32,000 nucleotides of DNA from Cereibacter sphaeroides 2.4.1 (GTDB lineage: Bacteria > Pseudomonadota > Alphaproteobacteria > Rhodobacterales > Rhodobacteraceae), in assembly GCF_000012905.2 (NCBI RefSeq), contig NC_007493.2:2580001-2612000 (forward strand). The letters are read 5' to 3'. The number at the start of each line of letters is the position of its first letter. Position 1 is the first letter of the stretch. Position numbers and translations under genes: made by a program. Below are positions 18,190-25,548 of this stretch, piece after piece. The notes under the pieces are model-generated. The model was given only the letters and a program-made list of their open reading frames with translations. It was not told the origin of the DNA and made no database searches.

Positions 18190-18299
18190 GACAGTAGAGA
18201 CGGCGGGCTCGCCCGCTGCGCGAGTTCCCTCCCGTGTCGGGGTTAGAGACACGGACCCTCCCTGTTGGATCTGGCCGGGCCTCGTGCCCGGCCTTTTTT
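18190..18299 (+). ncRNA. Candidate small RNA or 3'-UTR-derived RNA downstream of the response-regulator gene
   Basis: An AT-rich patch (18156-18200) is followed by hairpin 18201-18218 and hairpin CCGTGTC-9nt-GACACGG (18232-18254). The second hairpin is flanked by single-stranded UUCCCUCC and ACCCUCCCUG. A strong intrinsic terminator ends the element. The 5' end is not determinable from sequence. Confidence 0.4.
18273..18299 (+). terminator. Rho-independent terminator
   Basis: GGCCGGGC-CTCGT-GCCCGGCC followed by TTTTTT. It is the cleanest intrinsic terminator in the window and lies 118 nt after the regulator's stop codon. Confidence 0.85.
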
Positions 18300-18432
18300 C
18301 TTGCTTCGTGCCAGCCTTCTCTCGCGCTTCCCGGCGGCCTTCTTTCGCGCTTCCAGGCGGTCTTTCCTCGCGCTTCGCGACCGGCATTTATCGCACTCTG
18401 CGCCCGGCCCTTTTCGCGCTTCGCGAATGACA
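18294..18432. repeat. Six phased copies of a 23-bp tandem repeat (core TCGCGCTTC)
   Basis: The core or a degenerate core starts at 18299, 18322, 18345, 18368, 18391 and 18414, exactly 23 bp apart. Copies 2-3 are near-identical (TTCTCTCGCGCTTCCCGGCGGCC / TTCTTTCGCGCTTCCAGGCGGTC). Confidence 0.85.
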
Positions 18433-18503
18433 GGGCCCTCGGTCGGACGGTGGACCCCTCGCGCCCGGCGGGCTAGGAAGGGGGCCTCAGACCGGAGCCT
18501 GCC

Positions 18504-19292
18504 ATGACCTTCACCCTCGCCACCTGGAACATCAACTCGGTCCGCCTGCGCGAGGCGCTGGTCTCGCGGCTGCTGACGGAGGAGATGCCCGACATCCTCT
18601 GCCTGCAGGAATGCAAGAGCCCGGTCGAGAAGATGCCGCTCGAGGCGTTCCGGGCGCTCGGCTACCACTGGTGCGTGGCGCGCGGACAGAAGAGCTACAA
18701 CGGCGTGGCGATCCTGTCGAAGCTGCCGCTGGTGGATGCGGGCGACCATGATTTCGCCGATCTCGGCCATGCGCGGCATGTGTCGGCGGCGCTCGAGAAC
18801 GGCGTGACGATCCACAATTGCTATGTCCCCGCCGGCGGCGACATTCCCGACCGCGAGCAGAATGTGAAGTTCGGCCAGAAGCTCGATTACCTGACGCGGA
18901 TGCGCGACTGGTGCCGGGCCGACACGCCGAAGAAGGCGATCCTCGTGGGCGATCTCAACATCGCCCCGCGCGAGGACGATGTCTGGAACCACAAGTCCCT
19001 GCTGAAGATCGTGAGCCACACGCCGATCGAGGTGGACCATCTGAACGCGCTGATGGAGGCGGGCGCCTGGATCGACGTGACCCGCAAGGACCTGCCCGAG
19101 GGGCGGCTCTATTCCTGGTGGTCCTACCGCTCGCCCGACTGGGAGGCGGCCGACAAGGGGCGCCGGCTCGACCATATCTGGGCCACGCCCGACATCGTCA
19201 ATGCCGCGCACGGCAGCCGCATCCTCAAGGCGGCGCGGGGTTGGCTGCAGCCGTCGGACCATGCACCGGTCTTCGCCACCTTCGATCTCTGA
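18504..19292 (+). CDS. xthA: Exodeoxyribonuclease III (AP endonuclease)
   Basis: MTFTLATWNINSVRLR...ILCLQE.K...YNGVAILSK...GDLNIAP...SWWSYR...RLDHIW...PSDHAPV. SD GGAG lies 6 nt upstream. Confidence 0.93.
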   Translation: MTFTLATWNINSVRLREALVSRLLTEEMPDILCLQECKSPVEKMPLEAFRALGYHWCVARGQKSYNGVAILSKLPLVDAGDHDFADLGHARHVSAALENGVTIHNCYVPAGGDIPDREQNVKFGQKLDYLTRMRDWCRADTPKKAILVGDLNIAPREDDVWNHKSLLKIVSHTPIEVDHLNALMEAGAWIDVTRKDLPEGRLYSWWSYRSPDWEAADKGRRLDHIWATPDIVNAAHGSRILKAARGWLQPSDHAPVFATFDL

Positions 19293-19322
19293 GGGCCGCG
19301 CCCGATCTTATGAGGCGGCGCC

Positions 19323-19946
19323 TCAGGGCCGGGGCGCGTAGCGGGCGAGGAACATCTCGACCGCGCCCTGGGCCACCTTCTGCCGCTCCGCCTCGCTGAC
19401 GCTGTTGCCCACGCCGAAGACGATGCGGTTGAAGAGATCCGCCTTGCAGAGCTCGGCGAACTGGTCGGCCGCCAGCTCGAGATCGTCGATGGCAAGCTCG
19501 CCCCGGCCCACGGCCTGCGCGAGATAGTCCACGATCCGCTGCCGGACGAGCGCCGGGCCGCTCTCGTAGAATTCGTGCCCGAGCTCGGGGAAGCGGTCGG
19601 CCTCGGCCACGCAGATCCGATAGGTGCGGATCCCGAAATCCGAGAGCACGAAGGCCACGATGCGGGTGGCGGCAAGCGTCAGCACGGCGCGCGGGGCGAG
19701 GTCGGCGGTGATGAGCGCCACCGCTTCCTCGGACTGGCGCAGGCATTCGGCCTTGGCCACCTCGAGAAACAGCAGCCGCTTGTCCGGGAAGTAGCTGTAG
19801 AGCGTGGCCTTCGACACGCCCGCCGCGCGGGCGATGTCGTCGACGCTCGCCCCCTCGAACCCGTCCCGCAGGAAGATCGTGCGGGCGCCCTCGAGAACCT
19901 GGGGCATCTTGCGGCCCTTGCGGGCCGGGGGCGTCTCAGCGGGCAT
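19323..19946 (-). CDS. TetR-family transcriptional regulator
   Basis: The N-terminal HTH is GFEGASVDDIARAAGVSKATLYSYFPDKRLLF. A strong SD (AGGAGGAG) lies 4 nt upstream of ATG 19946. Confidence 0.9.
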   Translation of the reverse strand: MPAETPPARKGRKMPQVLEGARTIFLRDGFEGASVDDIARAAGVSKATLYSYFPDKRLLFLEVAKAECLRQSEEAVALITADLAPRAVLTLAATRIVAFVLSDFGIRTYRICVAEADRFPELGHEFYESGPALVRQRIVDYLAQAVGRGELAIDDLELAADQFAELCKADLFNRIVFGVGNSVSEAERQKVAQGAVEMFLARYAPRP

Positions 19947-19948
19947 CG

Positions 19949-19991
19949 GGCTCCTCCTGCCGGCGACTGTAGGCGCCGGACAGGAGGAGCC
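19949..19991 (-). promoter_or_regulatory. 17-bp hairpin sequestering the tetR Shine-Dalgarno (SD) site
   Basis: The mRNA-sense sequence is GGCUCCUCCUGUCCGGCG-8nt-CGCCGGCAGGAGGAGCC with one bulged U. The 3' arm contains the tetR SD and the 5' arm supplies CUCCUCCU. There is no U-tail. Confidence 0.6.
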
Positions 19992-19997
19992 GCAAGG

Positions 19998-20126
19998 TCA
20001 GCGGCCGCAGGTCGTGCAGCTGTCCGGCCAGGTGAGGTGCGGAATGTCCAGCGGCAGCGCGAAGGACGGGGCCGCCAGCCCGAGCGCGAGAGTCAGGGTG
20101 GCAAGCGTCAGGGTCAGCCGTTTCAT
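19998..20126 (-). CDS. Small exported peptide (42 aa) with C-terminal CxxC; below the ORF-track length cutoff
   Basis: My translation is MKRLTLTLATLTLALGLAAPSFA/LPLDIPHLTWPDSCTTCGR. SD GGGAGAG lies about 7 nt upstream of ATG 20126. The peptide has a signal-peptide-like N-region, hydrophobic core and SFA cleavage motif. The stop lies 6 nt before the hairpin that masks the tetR SD. Confidence 0.5.
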   Translation of the reverse strand: MKRLTLTLATLTLALGLAAPSFALPLDIPHLTWPDSCTTCGR

Positions 20127-20143
20127 CTCGATCTCTCCCAATC

Positions 20144-20159
20144 TGAACCACTCGGTTCA
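20144..20159. promoter_or_regulatory. Palindromic operator TGAACC-ACTC-GGTTCA (probable TetR site 1)
   Basis: Perfect 6-4-6 inverted repeat just upstream of the small ORF's SD. Confidence 0.55.
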
Positions 20160-20202
20160 GTTGCGATCCTGCGGTGAGTCGCGCTTTTGGGCAAGCCAAA
20201 AG

Positions 20203-20218
20203 TGAACGATACGGTTCA
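20203..20218. promoter_or_regulatory. Palindromic operator TGAACG-ATAC-GGTTCA (probable TetR site 2)
   Basis: Second copy of the same 16-bp palindrome with one mismatch, 59 bp from site 1. It directly abuts another palindrome, CTTTTGG-GCAAG-CCAAAAG (20184-20202). Confidence 0.5.
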
Positions 20219-20238
20219 GTTCGGGCGCTTTTGCCACC

Positions 20239-20281
20239 TTGCCGCAGGCGCTCCCGTCCGGTAATTTAGAATGACTCTAAA
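20239..20281 (+). promoter_or_regulatory. mbfA promoter (TTGCCG-17nt-TAATTT) overlapped by an Irr-type ICE box
   Basis: TTTAGAATGACTCTAAA (20265-20281) matches the ICE consensus TTTAGAA-N3-TTCTAAA at 13 of 14 positions. It overlaps the putative -10 and start site. Confidence 0.65.
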
Positions 20282-20291
20282 AAGGTGAGCC

Positions 20292-21269
20292 ATGTTCTCC
20301 TCATTCTCCAGCCGGCGGCGCTTCCGCGATCTGTCCGATGCCGAGATCCTCGCGCTGGCGATCTCGTCGGAAGAAGACGATGCCCGCATCTACCGCTCCT
20401 ATGCCGACCGGCTGCGCGCGCCCTACCCCGGCACCGCCGCCCTGTTCGAGGCGATGGCCGAGGAGGAGGACAGCCATCGCCGCCGCCTGATCGGCACCTT
20501 CCGCGACCGGTTCGGCGAGACGATCCCGCTGATCCGGCGCGAACATGTCGAGGGTTATCCGTCGCGCAAGCCGGTCTGGCTGCTCGAGACCCTGCCGCTG
20601 GAGCGGGTGCGGCGCGAGGCTTGGGAGATGGAGAACGCTGCCCGCAGCTTCTACGAAACGGCGGCGCGGCATGTGACGGATGCCTCGACACGCAAGCTTC
20701 TGGGCGATCTCGCCGCCGCCGAGGCCGCGCACGAGCATCGGGCCGAGAGGCTGGCCGAGGAGCATCTGACCGACGAGGCGACCGCGGCGGAGGACGAGAC
20801 CGCGCGTCGGCAGTTCATCCTGACCTGGGTGCAGCCGGGCCTCGCCGGGCTCATGGACGGGTCGGTCTCGACGCTGGCGCCGATCTTCGCCACGGCCTTC
20901 GCGACGCAGGATCCGGCCACCACCTTTCAGGTCGCGCTGGCGGCCTCGGTGGGCGCGGGCATCTCGATGGGCTTCACCGAGGCGGCCCATGACGATGGCG
21001 TGCTCTCGGGCCGCGGCGCGCCCTGGAAGCGGGGACTCGCCTCGGGGGTGATGACGACGGCAGGCGGGCTCGGCCATGCGCTGCCCTATCTGATCCCGGA
21101 CTTCGCCTGGGCCACCGGCATTGCCATCGCGGTGGTGTTCTTCGAGCTCTGGGCCATCGCCTGGATCCAGAACCGTTACATGGAGACGCCCTTCCTGCGG
21201 GCGGCGCTGCAGGTCGTGCTGGGCGGCGGGCTCGTGCTGGCGGCGGGGATCCTGATCGGCTTCGGCTGA
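20292..21269 (+). CDS. mbfA: Membrane-bound ferritin-like iron exporter (erythrin/ferritin-like N-domain fused to a VIT1/CCC1 membrane domain)
   Basis: The N-terminal di-iron motifs are EEDDARIY...EEEDSHRRRL and E.ENAA..FY...AAEAAHEHRA. The C-terminal part is hydrophobic and VIT1-like (GLMDGSVSTLAPIFA...GISMGFTEA...). Confidence 0.85.
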   Translation: MFSSFSSRRRFRDLSDAEILALAISSEEDDARIYRSYADRLRAPYPGTAALFEAMAEEEDSHRRRLIGTFRDRFGETIPLIRREHVEGYPSRKPVWLLETLPLERVRREAWEMENAARSFYETAARHVTDASTRKLLGDLAAAEAAHEHRAERLAEEHLTDEATAAEDETARRQFILTWVQPGLAGLMDGSVSTLAPIFATAFATQDPATTFQVALAASVGAGISMGFTEAAHDDGVLSGRGAPWKRGLASGVMTTAGGLGHALPYLIPDFAWATGIAIAVVFFELWAIAWIQNRYMETPFLRAALQVVLGGGLVLAAGILIGFG

Positions 21270-21287
21270 GCCCGGGGCCGAGGGCGG

Positions 21288-21336
21288 CGGGGGCTGCCTG
21301 CCCCCGTCTCCGGCCCTGCCGGAGACTCCCCCGGGG
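21288..21336 (+). terminator. Cluster of GC hairpins after mbfA
   Basis: GGGGGC-TGCCT-GCCCCC (21288-21304), then GTCTCCGG-CCCTG-CCGGAGAC (21305-21325), then the palindrome TCCCCCGGGGA and TATTT. Confidence 0.5.
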
Positions 21337-21627
21337 ATATTTGCGCAGAGTGAAAGCGATGGGGTCGCGCGGGAGGCGGACCTGTCCGGTGGGGGCGCAG
21401 AGAGCCGCTTCAGGATACGGTCCGGCCCGGCGCACATGTCTTGCGGGAGGCGGGGCCTGCGGCACGAGCCTTGCGGCGGTCCCCGGCTTCGGGGGGCGAC
21501 AGAGGACGGGCGGGCGCGGTGCGGAGAGGCGCCGGCGCTCCGTGAGGGGCGGCTCCGACGATTGGCCGAGCTTGCATCCGGCGGGGGGCCGTGAAACCTT
21601 GGCGGCGACCCGAGCCGAAAGCCTGCG

Positions 21628-22557
21628 ATGCTGCCCGTCCTTCTCGAGACCCTGCCCTTCTTCGCACTGATCGGCACGGGCTACATGGCCGGGCGCATGG
21701 GGATGTTCACGCCGGAGGCGACGGCCTGGCTCACCAAGTTCGTGTTCTACTTCGCGCTCTCGGCCATGCTGTTCCGCTTTGCCGCCAATCTGTCGCTGGC
21801 GGAGATCTGGTCGCTTCCCTTCGTCGCGGCCTATCTGGCCGGGTCGGGGGCGGTCTATCTTCTGGCCACGCTGGTGGCCCGGATGCGGGGGGTGGGCACC
21901 GAGGTGGCGGCCATGGAGGCGCAATGCGCGGTCATCGGCAACACGGGGTTCCTCGGCGTGCCGATGCTCGTGCTGCTCCTCGGCGCAGGCGCGGCGGGGC
22001 CGGTGCTGATGATGCTCTCCATCGACCTCATCTTCTTCTCGTCGCTCATCACGCTCATCATCACCGGCAAGCGCGAGGGTCACATGAGCCTGCGCGTGGT
22101 CAAGGTGCTGGCGCTGGGGCTGCTGCGGAACCCGATGATCGTCTCGATGGTCGCGGGCCTCGGCTGGTCGGCCACCGGCGCCGCGGTGCCGGAGCCCGTG
22201 AACGAGTTTCTGGCGCTGCTGGGCGGGGCGGCCACGCCCGGCGCGCTCTTCGCCATCGGCGCCTCGCTCGCCGGCAAGTCGGCGGAGCGGCTCGAGATCG
22301 CGGCCTGGCTCTCGTTCTGCAAGCTCGTGCTGCATCCGCTGTCCGTGGCGGTTGCGGCGCTCGCGATCTTTCCCGTCGAGCGGCAGGCCGCCGGCGTGAT
22401 GATCGCCGCGGCGGCGCTGCCGGTCGCGGGCAACGTCTATATCCTGGCACAGCATTACGGGGTCGCGCCGCAGCGCGTCTCGGCCTCGATCCTGATTTCC
22501 ACCGCGGTCAGCATCCTGACCATCACCGGCGTGATCGCCTGGGTCACGACCTTCTGA
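21628..22557 (+). CDS. AEC (auxin efflux carrier) family transporter
   Basis: 309 aa, about 10 hydrophobic segments, N-terminus MLPVLLETLPFFALIGTGYMAGR typical of the family. Confidence 0.8.
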   Translation: MLPVLLETLPFFALIGTGYMAGRMGMFTPEATAWLTKFVFYFALSAMLFRFAANLSLAEIWSLPFVAAYLAGSGAVYLLATLVARMRGVGTEVAAMEAQCAVIGNTGFLGVPMLVLLLGAGAAGPVLMMLSIDLIFFSSLITLIITGKREGHMSLRVVKVLALGLLRNPMIVSMVAGLGWSATGAAVPEPVNEFLALLGGAATPGALFAIGASLAGKSAERLEIAAWLSFCKLVLHPLSVAVAALAIFPVERQAAGVMIAAAALPVAGNVYILAQHYGVAPQRVSASILISTAVSILTITGVIAWVTTF

Positions 22558-22572
22558 GGAGAGGAGACCACC

Positions 22573-23403
22573 ATGAAGACCCTATCCGAGAGCCGTTGCT
22601 TCGGCGGCACGCAGGGCGTCTACAGCCACACGTCGCAGGTCACCGGCTGCGACATGACCTTCGGCCTGTTCCTGCCGCCCGAGGCGGAGAACGAGGCCGT
22701 GCCTCTGGTCTGGTACCTGTCCGGCCTCACCTGCACCCATGAGAATGCGATGGTGAAGGCGGGGGCGCAGAAATGGGCGGCGCAGGAGGGGCTGGCGCTG
22801 GTCTTTCCCGACACCTCGCCCCGCGGCGAGGGCGTGCCCGACGACGAGAATTACGCGCTCGGGCAGGGTGCGGGGTTCTATGTGAACGCGACCGAGGCGC
22901 CCTGGTCCACGAACTTCCGCATGTGGGACTATATCACCGAGGACCTGCCCCGCGTCCTCTTCTCGGCCTTCCCGCTCGACGAGAGCCGGCAGTCGATCAT
23001 GGGCCACTCGATGGGGGGTCACGGCGCGCTCACCATCGCGATGAGCTTCCCCGGACGGTTCCGCTCGGTCTCGGCCTTCGCGCCGATCACCCATCCCACC
23101 GCCTCGGACTGGGGGCGCAAGCAGCTGACCGCCTATCTCGGGACGGACGAGAGCAAGTGGGCGCCGCACGATTCGGTTCTGCTGATGAGGAAGCGCGGCT
23201 TCGACGGGCCGATCCTGATCGATCAGGGCGCCTCCGACCAGTTCCTCGACGCGCTGAAGCCCGAGGCCTTGGCCGAGGCGATGATGGCGCGCCGGCAGCA
23301 GGGCATCATCCGGATGCAGCCGGGCTACGACCACAGCTACTTCTTCGTCTCGACCTTCATGGAGGACCATATCCAGTTCCACGCCGAAGCGCTCTATGAC
23401 TGA
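22573..23403 (+). CDS. fghA: S-formylglutathione hydrolase (esterase D family)
   Basis: CFGG.QGVYSH.S.....M.F..FLPP, LSGLTCT.EN, the nucleophile elbow [10 protein letters not shown], and YDHSYFF near the C-terminus. Confidence 0.9.
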   Translation: MKTLSESRCFGGTQGVYSHTSQVTGCDMTFGLFLPPEAENEAVPLVWYLSGLTCTHENAMVKAGAQKWAAQEGLALVFPDTSPRGEGVPDDENYALGQGAGFYVNATEAPWSTNFRMWDYITEDLPRVLFSAFPLDESRQSIMGHSMGGHGALTIAMSFPGRFRSVSAFAPITHPTASDWGRKQLTAYLGTDESKWAPHDSVLLMRKRGFDGPILIDQGASDQFLDALKPEALAEAMMARRQQGIIRMQPGYDHSYFFVSTFMEDHIQFHAEALYD

Positions 23404-23884
23404 CCTCTACATCGACGCCGACGCCTGCCCGGTGAAGGCCGAGGCGGAGCGGGTCGCCGTGCGGCACGGGGTGCGGATGTTCCTCGTGTCGAACGGCGGC
23501 ATCCGGCCTCCGGCGCATCCGCTGGTCGAGAGCATCTTCGTGCCCGAGGGGCCGGACGTGGCCGACATGTGGATCGCCGACCGGGCACGGACCGGCGATG
23601 TGGTGGTGACATCGGACATCCCGCTCGCCGCGAAGGTCGTGGCGGCGGGGGCGCTGGTGGTGAAGCCGAACGGCGAGACGCTGACGCAGGCCAACATCGG
23701 CAATGCGCTGGCCACGCGCGATCTCATGGCCGATCTGCGCTCGGCCGATCCGTTCCGGCAGGGCGGCGGGCGGCCCTTTTCCAAGGCCGACCGGTCGCGC
23801 TTTCTCGACGCGCTGGAACGTGCGATGCGGAAGGCACAGGAGGCGGGCCGCTCCGCCTCCGGAGGAAACGAGGCAGGATCATGA
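23396..23884 (+). CDS. YaiI/YqxD (UPF0178, DUF188) family protein
   Basis: The N-terminus [11 protein letters not shown] is the family signature. It overlaps the fghA stop and is overlapped by the next ATG (ATGA). Confidence 0.8.
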   Translation: MTDLYIDADACPVKAEAERVAVRHGVRMFLVSNGGIRPPAHPLVESIFVPEGPDVADMWIADRARTGDVVVTSDIPLAAKVVAAGALVVKPNGETLTQANIGNALATRDLMADLRSADPFRQGGGRPFSKADRSRFLDALERAMRKAQEAGRSASGGNEAGS

Positions 23885-24792
23885 GTATCGAGATCATCGG
23901 CCCGGAGGCCGAGGCCCATCTGAGCTGGGACGGACTGACGACGGCGCTGACGCAGGGCCACAAGCTGCCGCGGGCCGAGGTGGCCGACATCTTCCTCTAC
24001 CGGGGCAAGGACACGGTGCTGTCGCGCGCGGCCTGGATCGACGGGCTGGGCCAGCTCGTGAAGACGGCGACCATCTTCCCGGGCAATGGCGCGGCGGGCA
24101 AGCCCACCGTCAACGGCGCGGTGACGCTCTATTCCGACCGCGACGGCACGCTCGAGGCGCTGGTCGATTTCCACCTCGTGACCAAATGGAAGACGGCGGG
24201 CGACAGCCTGCTGGCGGCCAAGAGGCTCGCCCGGCGCGACAGCCGCGAGATCCTGCTCGTGGGCGCGGGCAATGTGGCGCGCTCGATGATCGAGGCCTAC
24301 GGAAGCCACTTTCCCGACGCGCGCTTCACGGTCTGGAACCGGTCTGCGGACAAGGCGCGCGCCATGGAGGGGCCGCAGGTGCGGGCGACCGAGGATCTGG
24401 AGGCGGCGGTGCGGGCGGCCGACATCATCTGCACCGCTACGATGAGCCAGGAGCCGGTGGTGAAGGGCGAATGGCTGAAGCCCGGCACCCACCTCGACCT
24501 GATCGGCGCCTATCGGCCCGACATGCGCGAGGTGGACGACGAGGCGCTGCGGCGCGCCACGGTCTTCGTCGATTCCCGCAAGACCACCATCGGCCATATC
24601 GGCGAGATCCAGGACCCGCTCGACCGCGGGATCCTTACCGAGGCCGACATCCGGGCGGATTACTACGATCTGGCCTCGGGCCTTTATGCCCGCCGCTCGG
24701 ACGAGGAGATCACGCTGGCCAAGAACGGCGGCGGGGCGCATCTCGACCTGATGACGGCCTCCTACATCGCGGCCATGTGGCGGCAGCGCTGA
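23881..24792 (+). CDS. Ornithine cyclodeaminase / mu-crystallin family protein
   Basis: The internal ATG 23881 ([11 protein letters not shown]...) overlaps the yaiI stop. The NAD-binding motif is [17 protein letters not shown], with ...[16 protein letters not shown]. The upstream 104 codons of the track ORF are Arg/Gly junk. Confidence 0.8.
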   Translation: MSIEIIGPEAEAHLSWDGLTTALTQGHKLPRAEVADIFLYRGKDTVLSRAAWIDGLGQLVKTATIFPGNGAAGKPTVNGAVTLYSDRDGTLEALVDFHLVTKWKTAGDSLLAAKRLARRDSREILLVGAGNVARSMIEAYGSHFPDARFTVWNRSADKARAMEGPQVRATEDLEAAVRAADIICTATMSQEPVVKGEWLKPGTHLDLIGAYRPDMREVDDEALRRATVFVDSRKTTIGHIGEIQDPLDRGILTEADIRADYYDLASGLYARRSDEEITLAKNGGGAHLDLMTASYIAAMWRQR

Positions 24793-24796
24793 GCGC

Positions 24797-25468
24797 TCAG
24801 TCCTCCGGCCCCTCGCGGGTGAGGCGCATGGTGAAGACCGCCGCGCCCACCAGATAGGGGCCGAGCCCCGCCACGGCCATCATCGCGCCGCCGAGCCGCT
24901 GGGTGTCGAGCGGCGCGAGCCCGAAGGCCGTGCCGCAGATCTCGGGCGCATAGAGGAGGCGCGGCGAGAGCGTGAGCAGCACGCCCAGCATCGTCATGTG
25001 CATGAGCGAGAAAAGCATGGCGAGGAGACCCGCTCCGGCGGCGGCCCGTCCCGGCGCGAGGCCCGGCAGCCAGACGAGCACGCCCGCCCCGAGGAAGGTC
25101 GCCTGCTGGATGCGGAAGAGAGTGGGATCGAGCGCCGCCGCCTCGTGCAGCCGGGGCGCGTGCCAGCCCCAGACCACGGCCAGTTCGAGCAGCGAGGCCG
25201 CGCCCGCGAAAAGGACGGGCCAGGCCGTCCGCAGCGGCGCGAGCCGGGCGAGGCCCAGCGCGATCAAGGGCGCCGCGCCGAGGATCACGCCGAGATGAAG
25301 CATCATGTGCCAGACGAAGGAGACCCGCGCGAGGTCGGGCAGCGGCCCGCCCCAGAGTCCCGCGAGCGCGGCGAGGCCGACCCCCAGAGAGAGGAGCCCC
25401 GGCGCCAGCTGCCGCCCCGTCTCGCTCTGCGTCCCGCTCACGTGCCCTCCGTGCCCCGTCTGCCCCAC
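24797..25468 (-). CDS. Cytochrome c oxidase assembly factor, CtaG (caa3-type, membrane) family
   Basis: Polytopic membrane protein with HMMLH, WGWHAP and MHMTMLG motifs. The start is uncertain: GTG 25468 has no SD, while GTG 25441 is preceded by GGAGGG. Confidence 0.65.
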   Translation of the reverse strand: MGQTGHGGHVSGTQSETGRQLAPGLLSLGVGLAALAGLWGGPLPDLARVSFVWHMMLHLGVILGAAPLIALGLARLAPLRTAWPVLFAGAASLLELAVVWGWHAPRLHEAAALDPTLFRIQQATFLGAGVLVWLPGLAPGRAAAGAGLLAMLFSLMHMTMLGVLLTLSPRLLYAPEICGTAFGLAPLDTQRLGGAMMAVAGLGPYLVGAAVFTMRLTREGPED

Positions 25469-25548
25469 CAGCTAGCGCTTGGGAGCGGAGGGGAAGCCCC
25501 CGGCACGGTTTTCCGTTCCCGCCCGGGCCCGCTGCAGTGCCCTGAAGC

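Noticed and set aside
18181-18387. 68-aa - strand ORF with repetitive AKREE/AREKA peptide over the repeat array
   Set aside because: The peptide repetition is only the translation of the 23-bp DNA repeat. A period of 23 is not divisible by 3, there is no SD, and the ORF runs through the terminator.
20301-22455. 458-aa and 493-aa - strand ORFs, and the 383-aa + strand ORF at 21591-22742
   Set aside because: They are antisense or off-frame to mbfA and the AEC transporter gene. They consist of Arg/Gly/Pro repeats and have no SD or domain motifs.
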